Shown one piece after another: positions 1 through 8,935 of a stretch of 64,000 bases of DNA (its first letter is position 1; the number at the start of each line of letters is the position of its first letter). The stretch covers positions 1,216,001 to 1,280,000 of the forward strand of contig CBDCCI010000002.1 in the NCBI GenBank assembly GCA_965214705.1, read 5' to 3'. The notes under the pieces are model-generated. The model had not been told where the DNA came from and did not search any database. It worked only from the letters and a program-made list of their open reading frames with translations. Source of the DNA: Alphaproteobacteria bacterium. GTDB lineage: Bacteria > Pseudomonadota > Alphaproteobacteria > UBA828. The translations under genes were made by a program, and so were the position numbers.

Positions 1-1242
1 GCCCGTCCCGCAGACCGCGCGGCGTGTGAGAGGCTGGACCGGGCGTGCCCGCTCGCCCACTGCCGTGAGCGGTTTTCGCTGCCGGAGGGGATGCTCTACT
101 TCAACGGCAACTCCCTCGGCGCGCTGCCGAAGACCGCAGCTACGGATATCGACCGCGTTGTGCAGGAAGAGTGGGGCCGCGGCCTCGTCGAGAGTTGGCT
201 CGATGCCGACTGGTTCTTCCTCGCACGCAAGGCCGGCGACGCTATCGCGCCGCTGATCGGTGCCTCCGCCGGCGAGGTCGTCTGCGCGGACTCCACCTCC
301 GTCAACCTGTTCAAGCTCGCGGCCTCGCTGCTGCGCCAGAGCAAGGACCGGCGTACCGTCGTCACTGAGCGCGGTAACTTCCCGACCGATGTCTACATCC
401 TGGAGGGGCTTGTCCAACTGTTCGGCGAGAGGTTCGATCTGGTCCTGGCGGAGCCCGAAACCATTGTCGGCGCGATCGACGGTGACACCGCGCTGGTCCT
501 GCTCACCCACGTCAATTTTCGAACGGGTGCGGCCCATGACATGGCGGCGATCACCGCGCACTGCAGCGCACGCGGCGTTCCCGTGATCTGGGACCTCAGC
601 CATTCCGCCGGCGCGGTGCCGCTGGCGCTCAACGACTGGGGCGTCGAGTACGCCGTCGGCTGCACCTACAAGTTCCTGAACGGCGGGCCGGGGGCGCCAG
701 CCTACATCTACATGGCGCAGGACGTCATCGCGACGCACGAGCCCGTGGTGACCGGCTGGTTCAGCCACGCCAACCAGTTCGGCTTCGAGGACCGCTATCG
801 CCCCACGGACGGCATCGAGAAGTGCCTCGTCGGCACCCCGCCGATCCTCTCACTCCGCGCCGTCATGCACAGCATCGCGTGCTTCGACGCCCTGGAGATG
901 AGCGATGTCGCTCAGAAGTCGCGGGCGCTGTCCGAACTGCTGATCGACCTGGCGGACGATCGGCTCGCGCATCATGGGTTCAGGGTGGCGAGCCCGCGGG
1001 AACCGGAGAAGCGCGGCAGCCAGGTGTCCTTCAGGCATCCGGAGGCCTATGCCGTGTCGAAGGCGCTGCGCGCCGCAGGCGTCGTCGCTGACTTCCGCAG
1101 CCCCGACATCCTCCGCTTCGGCATCACGCCCCTCTACATGCGCTACGTCGATGTATGGGATGCGGTGGACGCGCTTGCAGGGATCATGGCCGGCGAGAGC
1201 TGGATGGCGCACAGGACGGAGACGCCCGACGCGGTCACGTGA
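1..1242 (+). CDS. kynU: Kynureninase (PLP-dependent), 5'-truncated by window edge
   Basis: Motifs YFNGNSLG, WDLSHSAGA, GCTYKFLNGGPG and RGSQVS. Frame 1 is open from base 1 (…DRAACERLDRACPLAHCRERFSLPEG-M), matching the typical kynureninase N-terminus, so the true start lies upstream of the window. Confidence 0.92.
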   Translation, partial: ARPADRAACERLDRACPLAHCRERFSLPEGMLYFNGNSLGALPKTAATDIDRVVQEEWGRGLVESWLDADWFFLARKAGDAIAPLIGASAGEVVCADSTSVNLFKLAASLLRQSKDRRTVVTERGNFPTDVYILEGLVQLFGERFDLVLAEPETIVGAIDGDTALVLLTHVNFRTGAAHDMAAITAHCSARGVPVIWDLSHSAGAVPLALNDWGVEYAVGCTYKFLNGGPGAPAYIYMAQDVIATHEPVVTGWFSHANQFGFEDRYRPTDGIEKCLVGTPPILSLRAVMHSIACFDALEMSDVAQKSRALSELLIDLADDRLAHHGFRVASPREPEKRGSQVSFRHPEAYAVSKALRAAGVVADFRSPDILRFGITPLYMRYVDVWDAVDALAGIMAGESWMAHRTETPDAVT

Positions 1243-1272
1243 GCGGGCGGCGACTGTGGCGGGAATTGCAGG

Positions 1273-2394
1273 CTAGGCCGGGGTGGCGTCTTCCCTGACG
1301 AAGCCTTCGCCGGCGCGGCCCACCAGCCCGGCCTGCTCGATCCAGACGCGCTCCTTTGCGTCCTCCACCACCCGACCGATCCGCTGGCAGGCCTTGCCGT
1401 CTCCGCCGAGGATCTCGATGGCGCGGGCCTCGTGCGCGGGCGGCACGATGGCACAGAAGCCGATGCCCATGTTGAAGACCCGGTACATCTCCGCGTCCTC
1501 GATCCCGCCTAGACGCTGGAGCACGCTGAAGACCGGCGGTGGCGCGGGCAGCGCGTCGAGCCGCATGCCGACCTTCGCCTCGATGCGGGTCAGGTTGAGG
1601 AAGCCGTCGCCCGTGATGTGCGCCAGCGCATGCACCGGCACCTCGCTCGCCAGCAGCTCCAGCGCCTCGCGGACGTAGATGTAGGTCGGGCGGAGCAGCG
1701 CCTCGCCCACGGTCTCGCCCAAGTCCTCGACGCGGTCGTCGACCGTGAGACCCGCGCTCTCGAAGAAGACGCGCCGGGCGAGCGTCAGCCCGTTGCTGTG
1801 GATGCCGTTGCTGGCGATGCCGACGATGCTGTCCCCCGGCTGCACTGCGGCGCCTGTGTTGACCGCGTCGAGCGCGACCCGGCCCACGGCCGTCGCCGCC
1901 AGATCGAAACCGGCCCCCGGCACCGCGCCCTTGATCACGTCGCGCATCGCGGCGATCTCTCCGCCCGCGATGGAGACGCCGGCCCGCCGCGCGCCTTCGG
2001 CGAGGCCCGCGCCCAGGGCTTCGAGCATCGCGGGCTCCGCTCGCTCGACGGCAATGTAGTCCACCAGCGTGACCGGCTGCGCGCCGACGCAGACGAGGTC
2101 GTTGACGTTCATCGCCACGCAGTCGATGCCGACCGTATCGTAGCGGCCCGTCATCTGCGCGATCAGCGCCTTGGTGCCGATGCCGTCGGCGCAGATCGCG
2201 ACACCGATGCCGCCGAAATCCAGCACACTCGCGAAATAACCAAGCCCGACCTTGATCGCGCCGAGGCCACTCTCGCCAGTCGGCCAGGTGCCGCGCACGC
2301 GGCGCACGAGCTCTGCGAGCCCGGCCTCGACGGCATCGGTATCGACTCCGGCGCTGCCGTAGTCCGTGCGCGGGCGTTCCGGCGGCGATGCCAT
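1273..2394 (-). CDS. purM: Phosphoribosylformylglycinamidine cyclo-ligase (AIR synthetase)
   Basis: Motifs YGSAGVD, DGIGTK, GIDCVAMNVND, GGEIA, SNGIHSNG, AHITGDG and EMYRVFNMGIG. Confidence 0.92.
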   Translation of the reverse strand: MASPPERPRTDYGSAGVDTDAVEAGLAELVRRVRGTWPTGESGLGAIKVGLGYFASVLDFGGIGVAICADGIGTKALIAQMTGRYDTVGIDCVAMNVNDLVCVGAQPVTLVDYIAVERAEPAMLEALGAGLAEGARRAGVSIAGGEIAAMRDVIKGAVPGAGFDLAATAVGRVALDAVNTGAAVQPGDSIVGIASNGIHSNGLTLARRVFFESAGLTVDDRVEDLGETVGEALLRPTYIYVREALELLASEVPVHALAHITGDGFLNLTRIEAKVGMRLDALPAPPPVFSVLQRLGGIEDAEMYRVFNMGIGFCAIVPPAHEARAIEILGGDGKACQRIGRVVEDAKERVWIEQAGLVGRAGEGFVREDATPA

Positions 2395-2562
2395 GCCCGT
2401 TGATCTCCTTGCATTGGCCCGCAGGCGGGCGCGAGCCTCGCCTATCGGCCAGCAGTCGGCAAGCGCCCGGCGCCTTTCGGTTGCTCTGGTCGCTCGCTAT
2501 CATCGCCGCCCATTCGCGGTCGGGCGTCCGCCCGCCGGCAACATGCGACAGCGGGAGAAACC

Positions 2563-3048
2563 ATGAGCTCGAAGACCACGGCAACCCCTGAGAATGCGCT
2601 TTCCAAGCAGGAGATCGACGAGCGATTGGCGGCAGGCACGCTGGCGCGGCTCGCAAGCTACCGCGAGGACGGGATGATTCATCTGACGCCGATCTGGTTC
2701 GACTGGAATGGCGAGGTCTTCCGACTCACCCTCGGCGCGGGCCGCATCCACCTCAAGAACCTCGCGAAAGACCCGCGCGTCTCGATCCTGATCGACCGCG
2801 ACCCCCGCGTGGACGAGGGCGCCCAAGGCCTGGCGGCCGGCGCGTGGGCGATCATGTGCCGCGGCAACGCCACGCTCTCCCAGGACGACGCGCTGATTCG
2901 CGAGGTGACCGTCGCGGTCCTCAAGAAGGCGCTGGGCCCGGAGGACGCGGAGAAGTATGCGGACCCGGTGATGGCCGAGGGCCGCACCATCGTCACCATC
3001 ACACCGCAGGACTGGCTCACCTGGGACTACAACAAGGCCGACGACTAG
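2563..3048 (+). CDS. Pyridoxamine 5'-phosphate oxidase-like (split-barrel flavin/F420-binding) protein
   Basis: ARLASYREDGMIHLTPIWF…NLAKDPRVSILID…WLTWDY pattern; GGGAGA RBS upstream. Confidence 0.75.
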   Translation: MSSKTTATPENALSKQEIDERLAAGTLARLASYREDGMIHLTPIWFDWNGEVFRLTLGAGRIHLKNLAKDPRVSILIDRDPRVDEGAQGLAAGAWAIMCRGNATLSQDDALIREVTVAVLKKALGPEDAEKYADPVMAEGRTIVTITPQDWLTWDYNKADD

Positions 3049-3086
3049 GGCGCCCGGAGCCGCGAGAACCCACCTCCCGAGCTTAA

Positions 3087-3135
3087 TCATTTCCCTCAGG
3101 CGCCGGGCGCTCGCTCCGCTCGCTTGGCTACGCGC
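3087..3135 (+). repeat. 49-bp dispersed intergenic repeat, copy 1 (REP-like)
   Basis: TCATTTCCCTCAGGCGCCGGGCGCTCGCTCCGCTCGCTTGGCTACGCGC matches 37565-37613 with 3 mismatches. Confidence 0.8.
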
Positions 3136-3324
3136 TTCGCGCGCGGCGCGGTCGCGCCAACCGGGCCGCGTTGCGGCCCGGTTGGGCGGAGGGGACCCAC
3201 GTCGAGGATCGGGGCCGGAGACGACGCACCGACCTGCCGGACAACGGTTGGGACCATTCCTTGTTGCGGGCTGTCGCCCTAGGGGCATAATCCGGGCGCT
3301 CCCGGCTCCGCACGAGGGATTCGC

Positions 3325-3801
3325 GTGCGTCACGCGCTCAGTCTGTTCGTCGGCCTTTACGGGCTCTGGCTCGCACTGTCCGGTCACTACACGCCCTTTC
3401 TGCTCGCCATCGGCGCCGCCTGCACGGCGTTTGCGGTGGCGGTGGCGTTGCGCATGGACGTGGTGGACCACGAGGGACATCCCATCCACCTCGGCTATCG
3501 CATCCCTCTCTACTGGTGCTGGCTGACGATCCAGATTCTGCTTTCGGCGCTGACGGTCACCCGCATCGTGCTGTCGCCCCGCCTGCGCATCGACCCGGTG
3601 CTGGAGACCGTGCCGTCGAGCCAGAAGTCGGACCTCGGCAAGGTGATCTACGCCAACTCAATCACGCTGACGCCTGGTACCCTCACCACGTCGGTGACGG
3701 CTGACGGCCTCGAGGTCCACGCGCTCACCCGGCGCGGCATGGACGAGCTGAAGCAGGGCGGCATGGACCGGCGCGTCACGGCGGTGGAGGGCGAGTCATG
3801 A
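3325..3801 (+). CDS. mrpE: Mrp/Mnh Na+/H+ antiporter subunit E
   Basis: YANSITLTPGT motif, hydrophobic N-terminus, first gene of the operon. Confidence 0.9.
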   Translation: MRHALSLFVGLYGLWLALSGHYTPFLLAIGAACTAFAVAVALRMDVVDHEGHPIHLGYRIPLYWCWLTIQILLSALTVTRIVLSPRLRIDPVLETVPSSQKSDLGKVIYANSITLTPGTLTTSVTADGLEVHALTRRGMDELKQGGMDRRVTAVEGES

Positions 3802-4100
3802 TGTCCCTCGCCGCCGTCGCCGCGCTCGTGGTGACCGTCCTCCTGGCGCTAATCCGCGCGTACCTGGGGCCCACGGTATACGATCGGGTGGTCGCCGTGA
3901 ACGCGATCGGCACCATGACCGTGCTGCTGATCGCGGCCGTGGGCTTCCTCATGGGCCGGCCGGAGTTTCTGGACATCGCGCTGGTCTACGCGCTGATCAA
4001 CTTCATCGGCACCATCGCGGTGCTCCGCTACATCAAGCGTAGGCGCGCGCGTGACGCAGAGGACGCGGAGAGCGCAGAGGGCACGGAGGGCGCGCCGTGA
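3798..4100 (+). CDS. mrpF: Mrp antiporter subunit F
   Basis: GPTVYDRVVA and LDIALVYALINFIGT motifs; ATGA overlap with mrpE. Confidence 0.9.
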   Translation: MMSLAAVAALVVTVLLALIRAYLGPTVYDRVVAVNAIGTMTVLLIAAVGFLMGRPEFLDIALVYALINFIGTIAVLRYIKRRRARDAEDAESAEGTEGAP

Positions 4101-4414
4101 TCGTCGACATCCTGAGCTGGATCAGCATCGGCATCGGCGCGGCCTTCATCCTGGTCGGCGGGCTCGGACTGGTTCGCATGCCGGACGTCTTCACGCGGCT
4201 CCATGCGTCGAGCGTCGCCGACACCGCCGGCGCGGGCTTCATCCTGCTCGGGTTCATGTTTCAAGCCGGCCTCTCGCTCAACGCGCTCAAGCTCGTGCTG
4301 ATCTTCGTATTCCTGGTGTTCACCGCGCCGACCGCCTCGCACGCGCTGGCCCACGCGGCGCTGCTCGACGGGATCCGGCCCTGGACCCGGAAGCCCAAGG
4401 ACCCCGCGCCATAG
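4097..4414 (+). CDS. mrpG: Mrp antiporter subunit G
   Basis: RMPDVFTRLHASS and APTASHALA motifs. Confidence 0.9.
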   Translation: MIVDILSWISIGIGAAFILVGGLGLVRMPDVFTRLHASSVADTAGAGFILLGFMFQAGLSLNALKLVLIFVFLVFTAPTASHALAHAALLDGIRPWTRKPKDPAP

Positions 4415-4983
4415 ATATCTACGTCGATATTCTGCTTCTGGTCCTGCTGGTTGCAGCCGCGCTCGTCGTGGTCTCGCTGCGCAATCTGCTGGCGGCCGCG
4501 CTCGTGCTCGGCATCTACAGCCTGGTCATGGCCGCCCTCTGGGTGGTGCTCGACGCCGTCGACGTGGCTTTCACCGAGGCCGCCGTCGGCGCCGGCGTGA
4601 CCACCGTCTTCATGCTGCTCGCCATCGCCGCCACCGGTCGGCACGAGAGGATCGCGCATCGCCGGCCGTGGCTCCCGATCCTGGCCTCACTCGCCGTCGG
4701 CGGGCTGCTGATCTACGGCACACTCGATCTGCCGGCTTTCGGCGACCCCGAGGCGCCGGCGCAGCAGCATGTCGGGCCCCACTACATCGAGCAGGGCGAG
4801 GCGGAGACCGGCGTTCCCAACATCGTCACCGCGGTGCTGGCCTCCTATCGGGGCTTCGACACGCTGGGCGAGGTCACGGTGATTTTCACCGCAGGCATCG
4901 GTGTTCTGCTGATGCTGGGCATCACGCGCCGCCGCCGCCGTGCCGAAGACAGCGATGATGCCGACACGGGGGACCGCGAATGA
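4411..4983 (+). CDS. DUF4040/MrpA C-terminal-like (MnhB-related) antiporter subunit; probable ATA start
   Basis: AVDVAFTEAAVGAG and NIVTAVLASYRGFDTLGE motifs. The hydrophobic reading begins at the in-frame ATA (4411) overlapping the mrpG stop; the 5' part of the 4051 ORF is off-frame mrpG sequence. Confidence 0.8.
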   Translation: MDIYVDILLLVLLVAAALVVVSLRNLLAAALVLGIYSLVMAALWVVLDAVDVAFTEAAVGAGVTTVFMLLAIAATGRHERIAHRRPWLPILASLAVGGLLIYGTLDLPAFGDPEAPAQQHVGPHYIEQGEAETGVPNIVTAVLASYRGFDTLGEVTVIFTAGIGVLLMLGITRRRRRAEDSDDADTGDRE

Positions 4984-5393
4984 CCGAGCATCTCGTCCTG
5001 CGCGTGATCTCGAAGCTGCTGATTCCCCCGATCCTGCTGTTCGCGCTCTACGTCCAGATGCACGGCGACTACGGGCCGGGCGGCGGCTTTCAGGCTGGCG
5101 TGATCTTCGGGGCCGGGCTCGTTCTCTACGGCCTCGTCTTCGGGACCGAGGCGGTGCGCGCCGTCGCACCCCCGCGCCTCCTCGTGGTGCTCGCCTGCCT
5201 CGGGGTGCTGCTCTACGCGGGCGTCGGCGTCGCCAGCATGATTGGCGGCGGGGGCTTCTTGGAATACGGCGCGCTCTCCGCCGACGCCACGCATGGCAAT
5301 CACGTCGGCATCATCATCATAGAGATCGGCGTCGGCATCGCGGTCGCTTCCGTGATGACCATCATCTTCTCCGTCCTGGCCGAGTGGCGCTGA
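4980..5393 (+). CDS. mrpB: Mrp antiporter subunit B
   Basis: HGDYGPGGGFQAG and IEIGVG motifs. Confidence 0.9.
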   Translation: MTEHLVLRVISKLLIPPILLFALYVQMHGDYGPGGGFQAGVIFGAGLVLYGLVFGTEAVRAVAPPRLLVVLACLGVLLYAGVGVASMIGGGGFLEYGALSADATHGNHVGIIIIEIGVGIAVASVMTIIFSVLAEWR

Positions 5394-5394
5394 G

Positions 5395-5745
5395 GTGGAG
5401 GCCCTCTCACACGTCAACTACTGGGCCGCGATCGTGCTGGCGATGATCGGCCTTTACGCCATCATTGCGCCCTCCAACCTCATCAAGAAGCTGATCGGCC
5501 TCGGAATCTTCCAGTCCGCGATCTTCCTGATCTACATCACGGCGGGGAAGGTCGAGGGCGGCACAGCGCCGATCATCGACGCCGGGTACACGGTCTATTC
5601 CAACCCGCTTCCCCACGTGCTGATTCTGACCGCGATCGTCGTGGCCGTCTCGACTCTCGCGGTGGGGCTCGCGCTCACCGTGGCGATCAAGCGTGACTAC
5701 GGGACCGTCGAAGAGGACGAGATCGACGAGCAGGATCGGCGATGA
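5395..5745 (+). CDS. mrpC: Mrp antiporter subunit C
   Basis: NLIKKLIGL and NPLPHVLILTAIVV motifs. Confidence 0.9.
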   Translation: MEALSHVNYWAAIVLAMIGLYAIIAPSNLIKKLIGLGIFQSAIFLIYITAGKVEGGTAPIIDAGYTVYSNPLPHVLILTAIVVAVSTLAVGLALTVAIKRDYGTVEEDEIDEQDRR

Positions 5746-7223
5746 TCGCGACTCATCTGCCGGTGCTCCAGGTGGCTGTGCCGCTGATCGCGGCGCCGGT
5801 CTGCGTGCTGCTGCGGCGCGGGAACTACGCCTGGGCCCTCACCACCGTCATCTGCTGGGGGCTGCTCGCCATCGCGGCGCTGCTGCTCGACCAGGTGATG
5901 AGCGGCGGCACGATCTCCTACCGCCTCGGCGGTTGGGCGCCGCCCATCGGCATCGAGTACCGGCTGGATGGCGTCAACGCCTTCGTCCTGCTGATCCTCG
6001 CGGGCACCGCCGCGCTGATGATGCCCTACGCCCGCCAGAGCGTGGAGCAGGAGGTGCGGCCCGAGCGCCGGCACCTCTTTTACGCGATCTTTCTGCTGGT
6101 GCTCACCGGCCTGCTCGGCATCACCGCGACCGGCGACGTCTTCAACATCTACGTCTTTCTCGAAATATCGTCGCTCGCGAGCTACGTCCTCATCGCGCAA
6201 GGCAGGCGCCGGCGGGCGCTCACGGCCTCCTACCAGTACCTCATCATCGGCACCATCGGCGCCTCGCTGATCCTGATCGGGATCGGCTTCCTCTACGCCA
6301 AGACCGGCACCCTCAACATCGCGGACCTGGCCGTTCGGGTGCCCGCCCTCGGCGAGACCCCAGCAGTACTAGCGGCCTTCGCCTTCATCACCGTGGGCGT
6401 GCTGATCAAGCTCGCGCTCTTCCCGTTCCACGTCTGGCTGCCCAACGCCTATGCCTACGCGCCCTCGATGGTGAGCGCGTTCCTGGCTGCGACCGCCACC
6501 AAGGTCGGCGCCTACATGCTGCTGCGCTTCGTCTTCACGGTGTTCGGCGTCCACTTCGCCTTCGAGACCCTGCCGCTCACCGAGATTCTGCTCGCGCTCT
6601 CGCTCATCGCGGTGCTCGCGGGCTCGCTCGTCGCCGTCTTCCAGAGCGACCTGAAGCGCCTGCTGGCGTTCTCCAGCGTGGGCCAGATCGGCTATCTCGG
6701 CGTCGGCATCGGGCTTGCCTCGGTGACCGGCGTCACCGGCGCGCTGGTCCACGTCTTCAACCACTCCTTGATGAAGGGCGGGCTCTTCCTGGCCGCCGGC
6801 ACCATCGCCTATCGCCTGGGCGCGACCGATCTGAGCGCGCTGCAGGGCCTCGGCCGGCGCATGCCGTTCACCATGGCGGCGGTCGTGATCGGCGGCCTCG
6901 GTCTGGTCGGCGTCCCCATCACCTCCGGCTTCGTCAGCAAGTGGTACCTGGTGCAGGCGGCGTTCGAGGAAGGCCTCTGGCCGGTCGCGCTCTTCGTCCT
7001 CGCCGGCTCGCTGATCGCGCTCGCCTACGTGGGCCGCGTGGTCGAGGCCGCCTACTTCCGCCCCGCCCCGCCCGATGCCGAGCCGGTGCGCGAGGCGCCC
7101 TGGGCCATGCAGCTCTCGACCTGGGCGCTGATCGGGGGCTCGGTCTATTTCGGGCTCCACACGGACCTCACCGTCGTCATCGCCGAGCGTGCGGCGACAG
7201 TGCTGCTGGCGGGCGCGCCATGA
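5742..7223 (+). CDS. mrpD: Mrp antiporter subunit D-like (proton-translocating), copy 1
   Basis: Motifs GGWAPPIGIE, DVFNIYVFLE, KLALFPFHVWLPNAY and KRLLAFSS. Confidence 0.88.
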   Translation: MIATHLPVLQVAVPLIAAPVCVLLRRGNYAWALTTVICWGLLAIAALLLDQVMSGGTISYRLGGWAPPIGIEYRLDGVNAFVLLILAGTAALMMPYARQSVEQEVRPERRHLFYAIFLLVLTGLLGITATGDVFNIYVFLEISSLASYVLIAQGRRRRALTASYQYLIIGTIGASLILIGIGFLYAKTGTLNIADLAVRVPALGETPAVLAAFAFITVGVLIKLALFPFHVWLPNAYAYAPSMVSAFLAATATKVGAYMLLRFVFTVFGVHFAFETLPLTEILLALSLIAVLAGSLVAVFQSDLKRLLAFSSVGQIGYLGVGIGLASVTGVTGALVHVFNHSLMKGGLFLAAGTIAYRLGATDLSALQGLGRRMPFTMAAVVIGGLGLVGVPITSGFVSKWYLVQAAFEEGLWPVALFVLAGSLIALAYVGRVVEAAYFRPAPPDAEPVREAPWAMQLSTWALIGGSVYFGLHTDLTVVIAERAATVLLAGAP

Positions 7224-8683
7224 GCCACGCCGCGCAAATCCTCGCCGCCCTCGCGGTGCCCGTCGCCGGCGCATTCCTGATCTGGGCGACCGCACGAAGG
7301 CCCCTGCTGCAGGAGGCAGTCTCCGTCGTCACCGCCGTCGCGCTCTTCGGCCTCGTGCTCTCGCTCGCGCCGGCGGTGGCGGAGGGCGAGGCGCCCCGCG
7401 TCGCACTCTTCGACATCGTGCGCGGGCTCCCCATCGCCTTCGCGCTCGAGCCGCTCGGCATGCTGTTCGCGCTGATCGCGTCCTTCCTCTGGATCGCAAC
7501 GACGGTCTATTCGATCGGTTATGTCCGCGCCAACGACGAGGGCCACCGCACCCGCTACTACGTCTGCTTCGCGGCCGCACTCGCCAGCGCCATCGGCGTC
7601 GCCTTTGCCGGCAACATGTTCACGCTCTTCCTCTTCTACGAGGCGTTGACGCTCTCGACCTATCCGCTGGTGACCCACAGCGGCACGGAGGAAGCGCGCC
7701 GCGCCGGCCGCACCTACCTCGGCATCCTGCTCTCGACCTCGATCATCCTGCAGCTCTTCGCCATCCTCTGGACCTGGGTGGAAGCCGGGACGCTCGATTT
7801 CCAGATGGGCGGCATCCTCGCCGGTGCGGTCAGCGAGCGCACCGCCGCCGTGCTGCTGGTGCTCTACATGTTCGGCATCGGCAAGGCCGCGCTCATGCCG
7901 CTCCACGCCTGGCTGCCGGCGGCGATGGTGGCGCCGACGCCGGTGAGCGCGCTCCTGCACGCGGTCGCCGTGGTCAAGGCCGGCGTGTTCACGGTGCTCA
8001 AGGTCATCGTCTACATCTTCGGCATCGACTTCCTGCGCGGCATGGCGGGGAGCGAATGGCTCATCGCGGTCGCCGCCGCGACCATCGTGATCGCCTCGCT
8101 GATCGCGCTGCGCCAGGACGACCTGAAGCGCCGCCTCGCCTATTCGACCGTGAGCCAGCTCTCCTACGTGGTGCTAGGGGGTGCGCTCGCGACCAGCGCG
8201 GGCGTCGTCGGCGGTGCCATGCACATCGCCACCCACGCATTCGGCAAGATCACGCTGTTCTTCTGCGCGGGCGCGATCTACACCGCCGCCCACAAGCGGC
8301 TGGTGAGCGAGCTGGACGGCATCGGCTATCGCATGCCCGTCACCATGGGCGCGTTCGCCGTGGGCGCGCTCGGCCTGATCGGCCTGCCGCCCTTCGCCGC
8401 GCTCTGGAGCAAGTGGTACCTCGTGGCCGGCGCGGACGACGGCAGCCACATCGCGGTGATCGCCGTGCTGCTCGCAAGCTCCTTGCTCAACGCGCTCTAC
8501 TTCGTGCCCATCCTCGTGCGCGCCTTCTTCCCGGCCACGCCGATGCCGGTGGCGGCCGGCCGGGCCGAGGCGCCCTGGCCGATCCTCGCGGCGACGCTCG
8601 TGGCGGCGCTCGGCACGGCCGCGCTCTTCTTCTACCCGCAAGCCCTGCTCACCCTCGTGGAGCCGCTTGGGGCCATCCGGTAA
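7220..8683 (+). CDS. mrpD: Mrp antiporter subunit D-like, copy 2
   Basis: ATG at 7220 overlaps the upstream stop (ATGA); motifs KAALMPLHAWLPAAMVAPTPVSALLHA and KRRLAYSTVSQ. Confidence 0.85.
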   Translation: MSHAAQILAALAVPVAGAFLIWATARRPLLQEAVSVVTAVALFGLVLSLAPAVAEGEAPRVALFDIVRGLPIAFALEPLGMLFALIASFLWIATTVYSIGYVRANDEGHRTRYYVCFAAALASAIGVAFAGNMFTLFLFYEALTLSTYPLVTHSGTEEARRAGRTYLGILLSTSIILQLFAILWTWVEAGTLDFQMGGILAGAVSERTAAVLLVLYMFGIGKAALMPLHAWLPAAMVAPTPVSALLHAVAVVKAGVFTVLKVIVYIFGIDFLRGMAGSEWLIAVAAATIVIASLIALRQDDLKRRLAYSTVSQLSYVVLGGALATSAGVVGGAMHIATHAFGKITLFFCAGAIYTAAHKRLVSELDGIGYRMPVTMGAFAVGALGLIGLPPFAALWSKWYLVAGADDGSHIAVIAVLLASSLLNALYFVPILVRAFFPATPMPVAAGRAEAPWPILAATLVAALGTAALFFYPQALLTLVEPLGAIR

Positions 8684-8692
8684 GGCAACGCC

Positions 8693-8935
8693 ATGAAGAA
8701 GAAATACTGGCTCGACGAACGCCGCAACGTGATGCGGCTCATCTGGTTCTTCGCGGCCCTCTGCGTCGGCGTGCTGGCGATCGACGCGGGCTTCCACCGC
8801 CACGAGGAGTTCTTCTGGGAGGGCTGGTTCGGCTTCTACGGGTTCTTCGGCTTCATCGCCTGCGTCGTGCTCGTGCTCGCCGCGAAGGAGCTGCGCCGGC
8901 TGGTGATGCGGCGCGAGGACTACTATGACGAGTAG
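8693..8935 (+). CDS. Small two-TM membrane protein within the mrp operon
   Basis: Two hydrophobic segments and a C-terminal LVMRREDYY; overlaps the next gene. Confidence 0.75.
   Translation: MKKKYWLDERRNVMRLIWFFAALCVGVLAIDAGFHRHEEFFWEGWFGFYGFFGFIACVVLVLAAKELRRLVMRREDYYDE

Noticed and set aside
5693-7219. Apparent N-terminal extensions or fusions in the ORF track (5693-8683, 9056-11374, 16149-20234, 26565-28169)
   Set aside because: The extensions are off-frame readings of upstream genes; the real starts are internal (7220, 10658, 16782, 27374).
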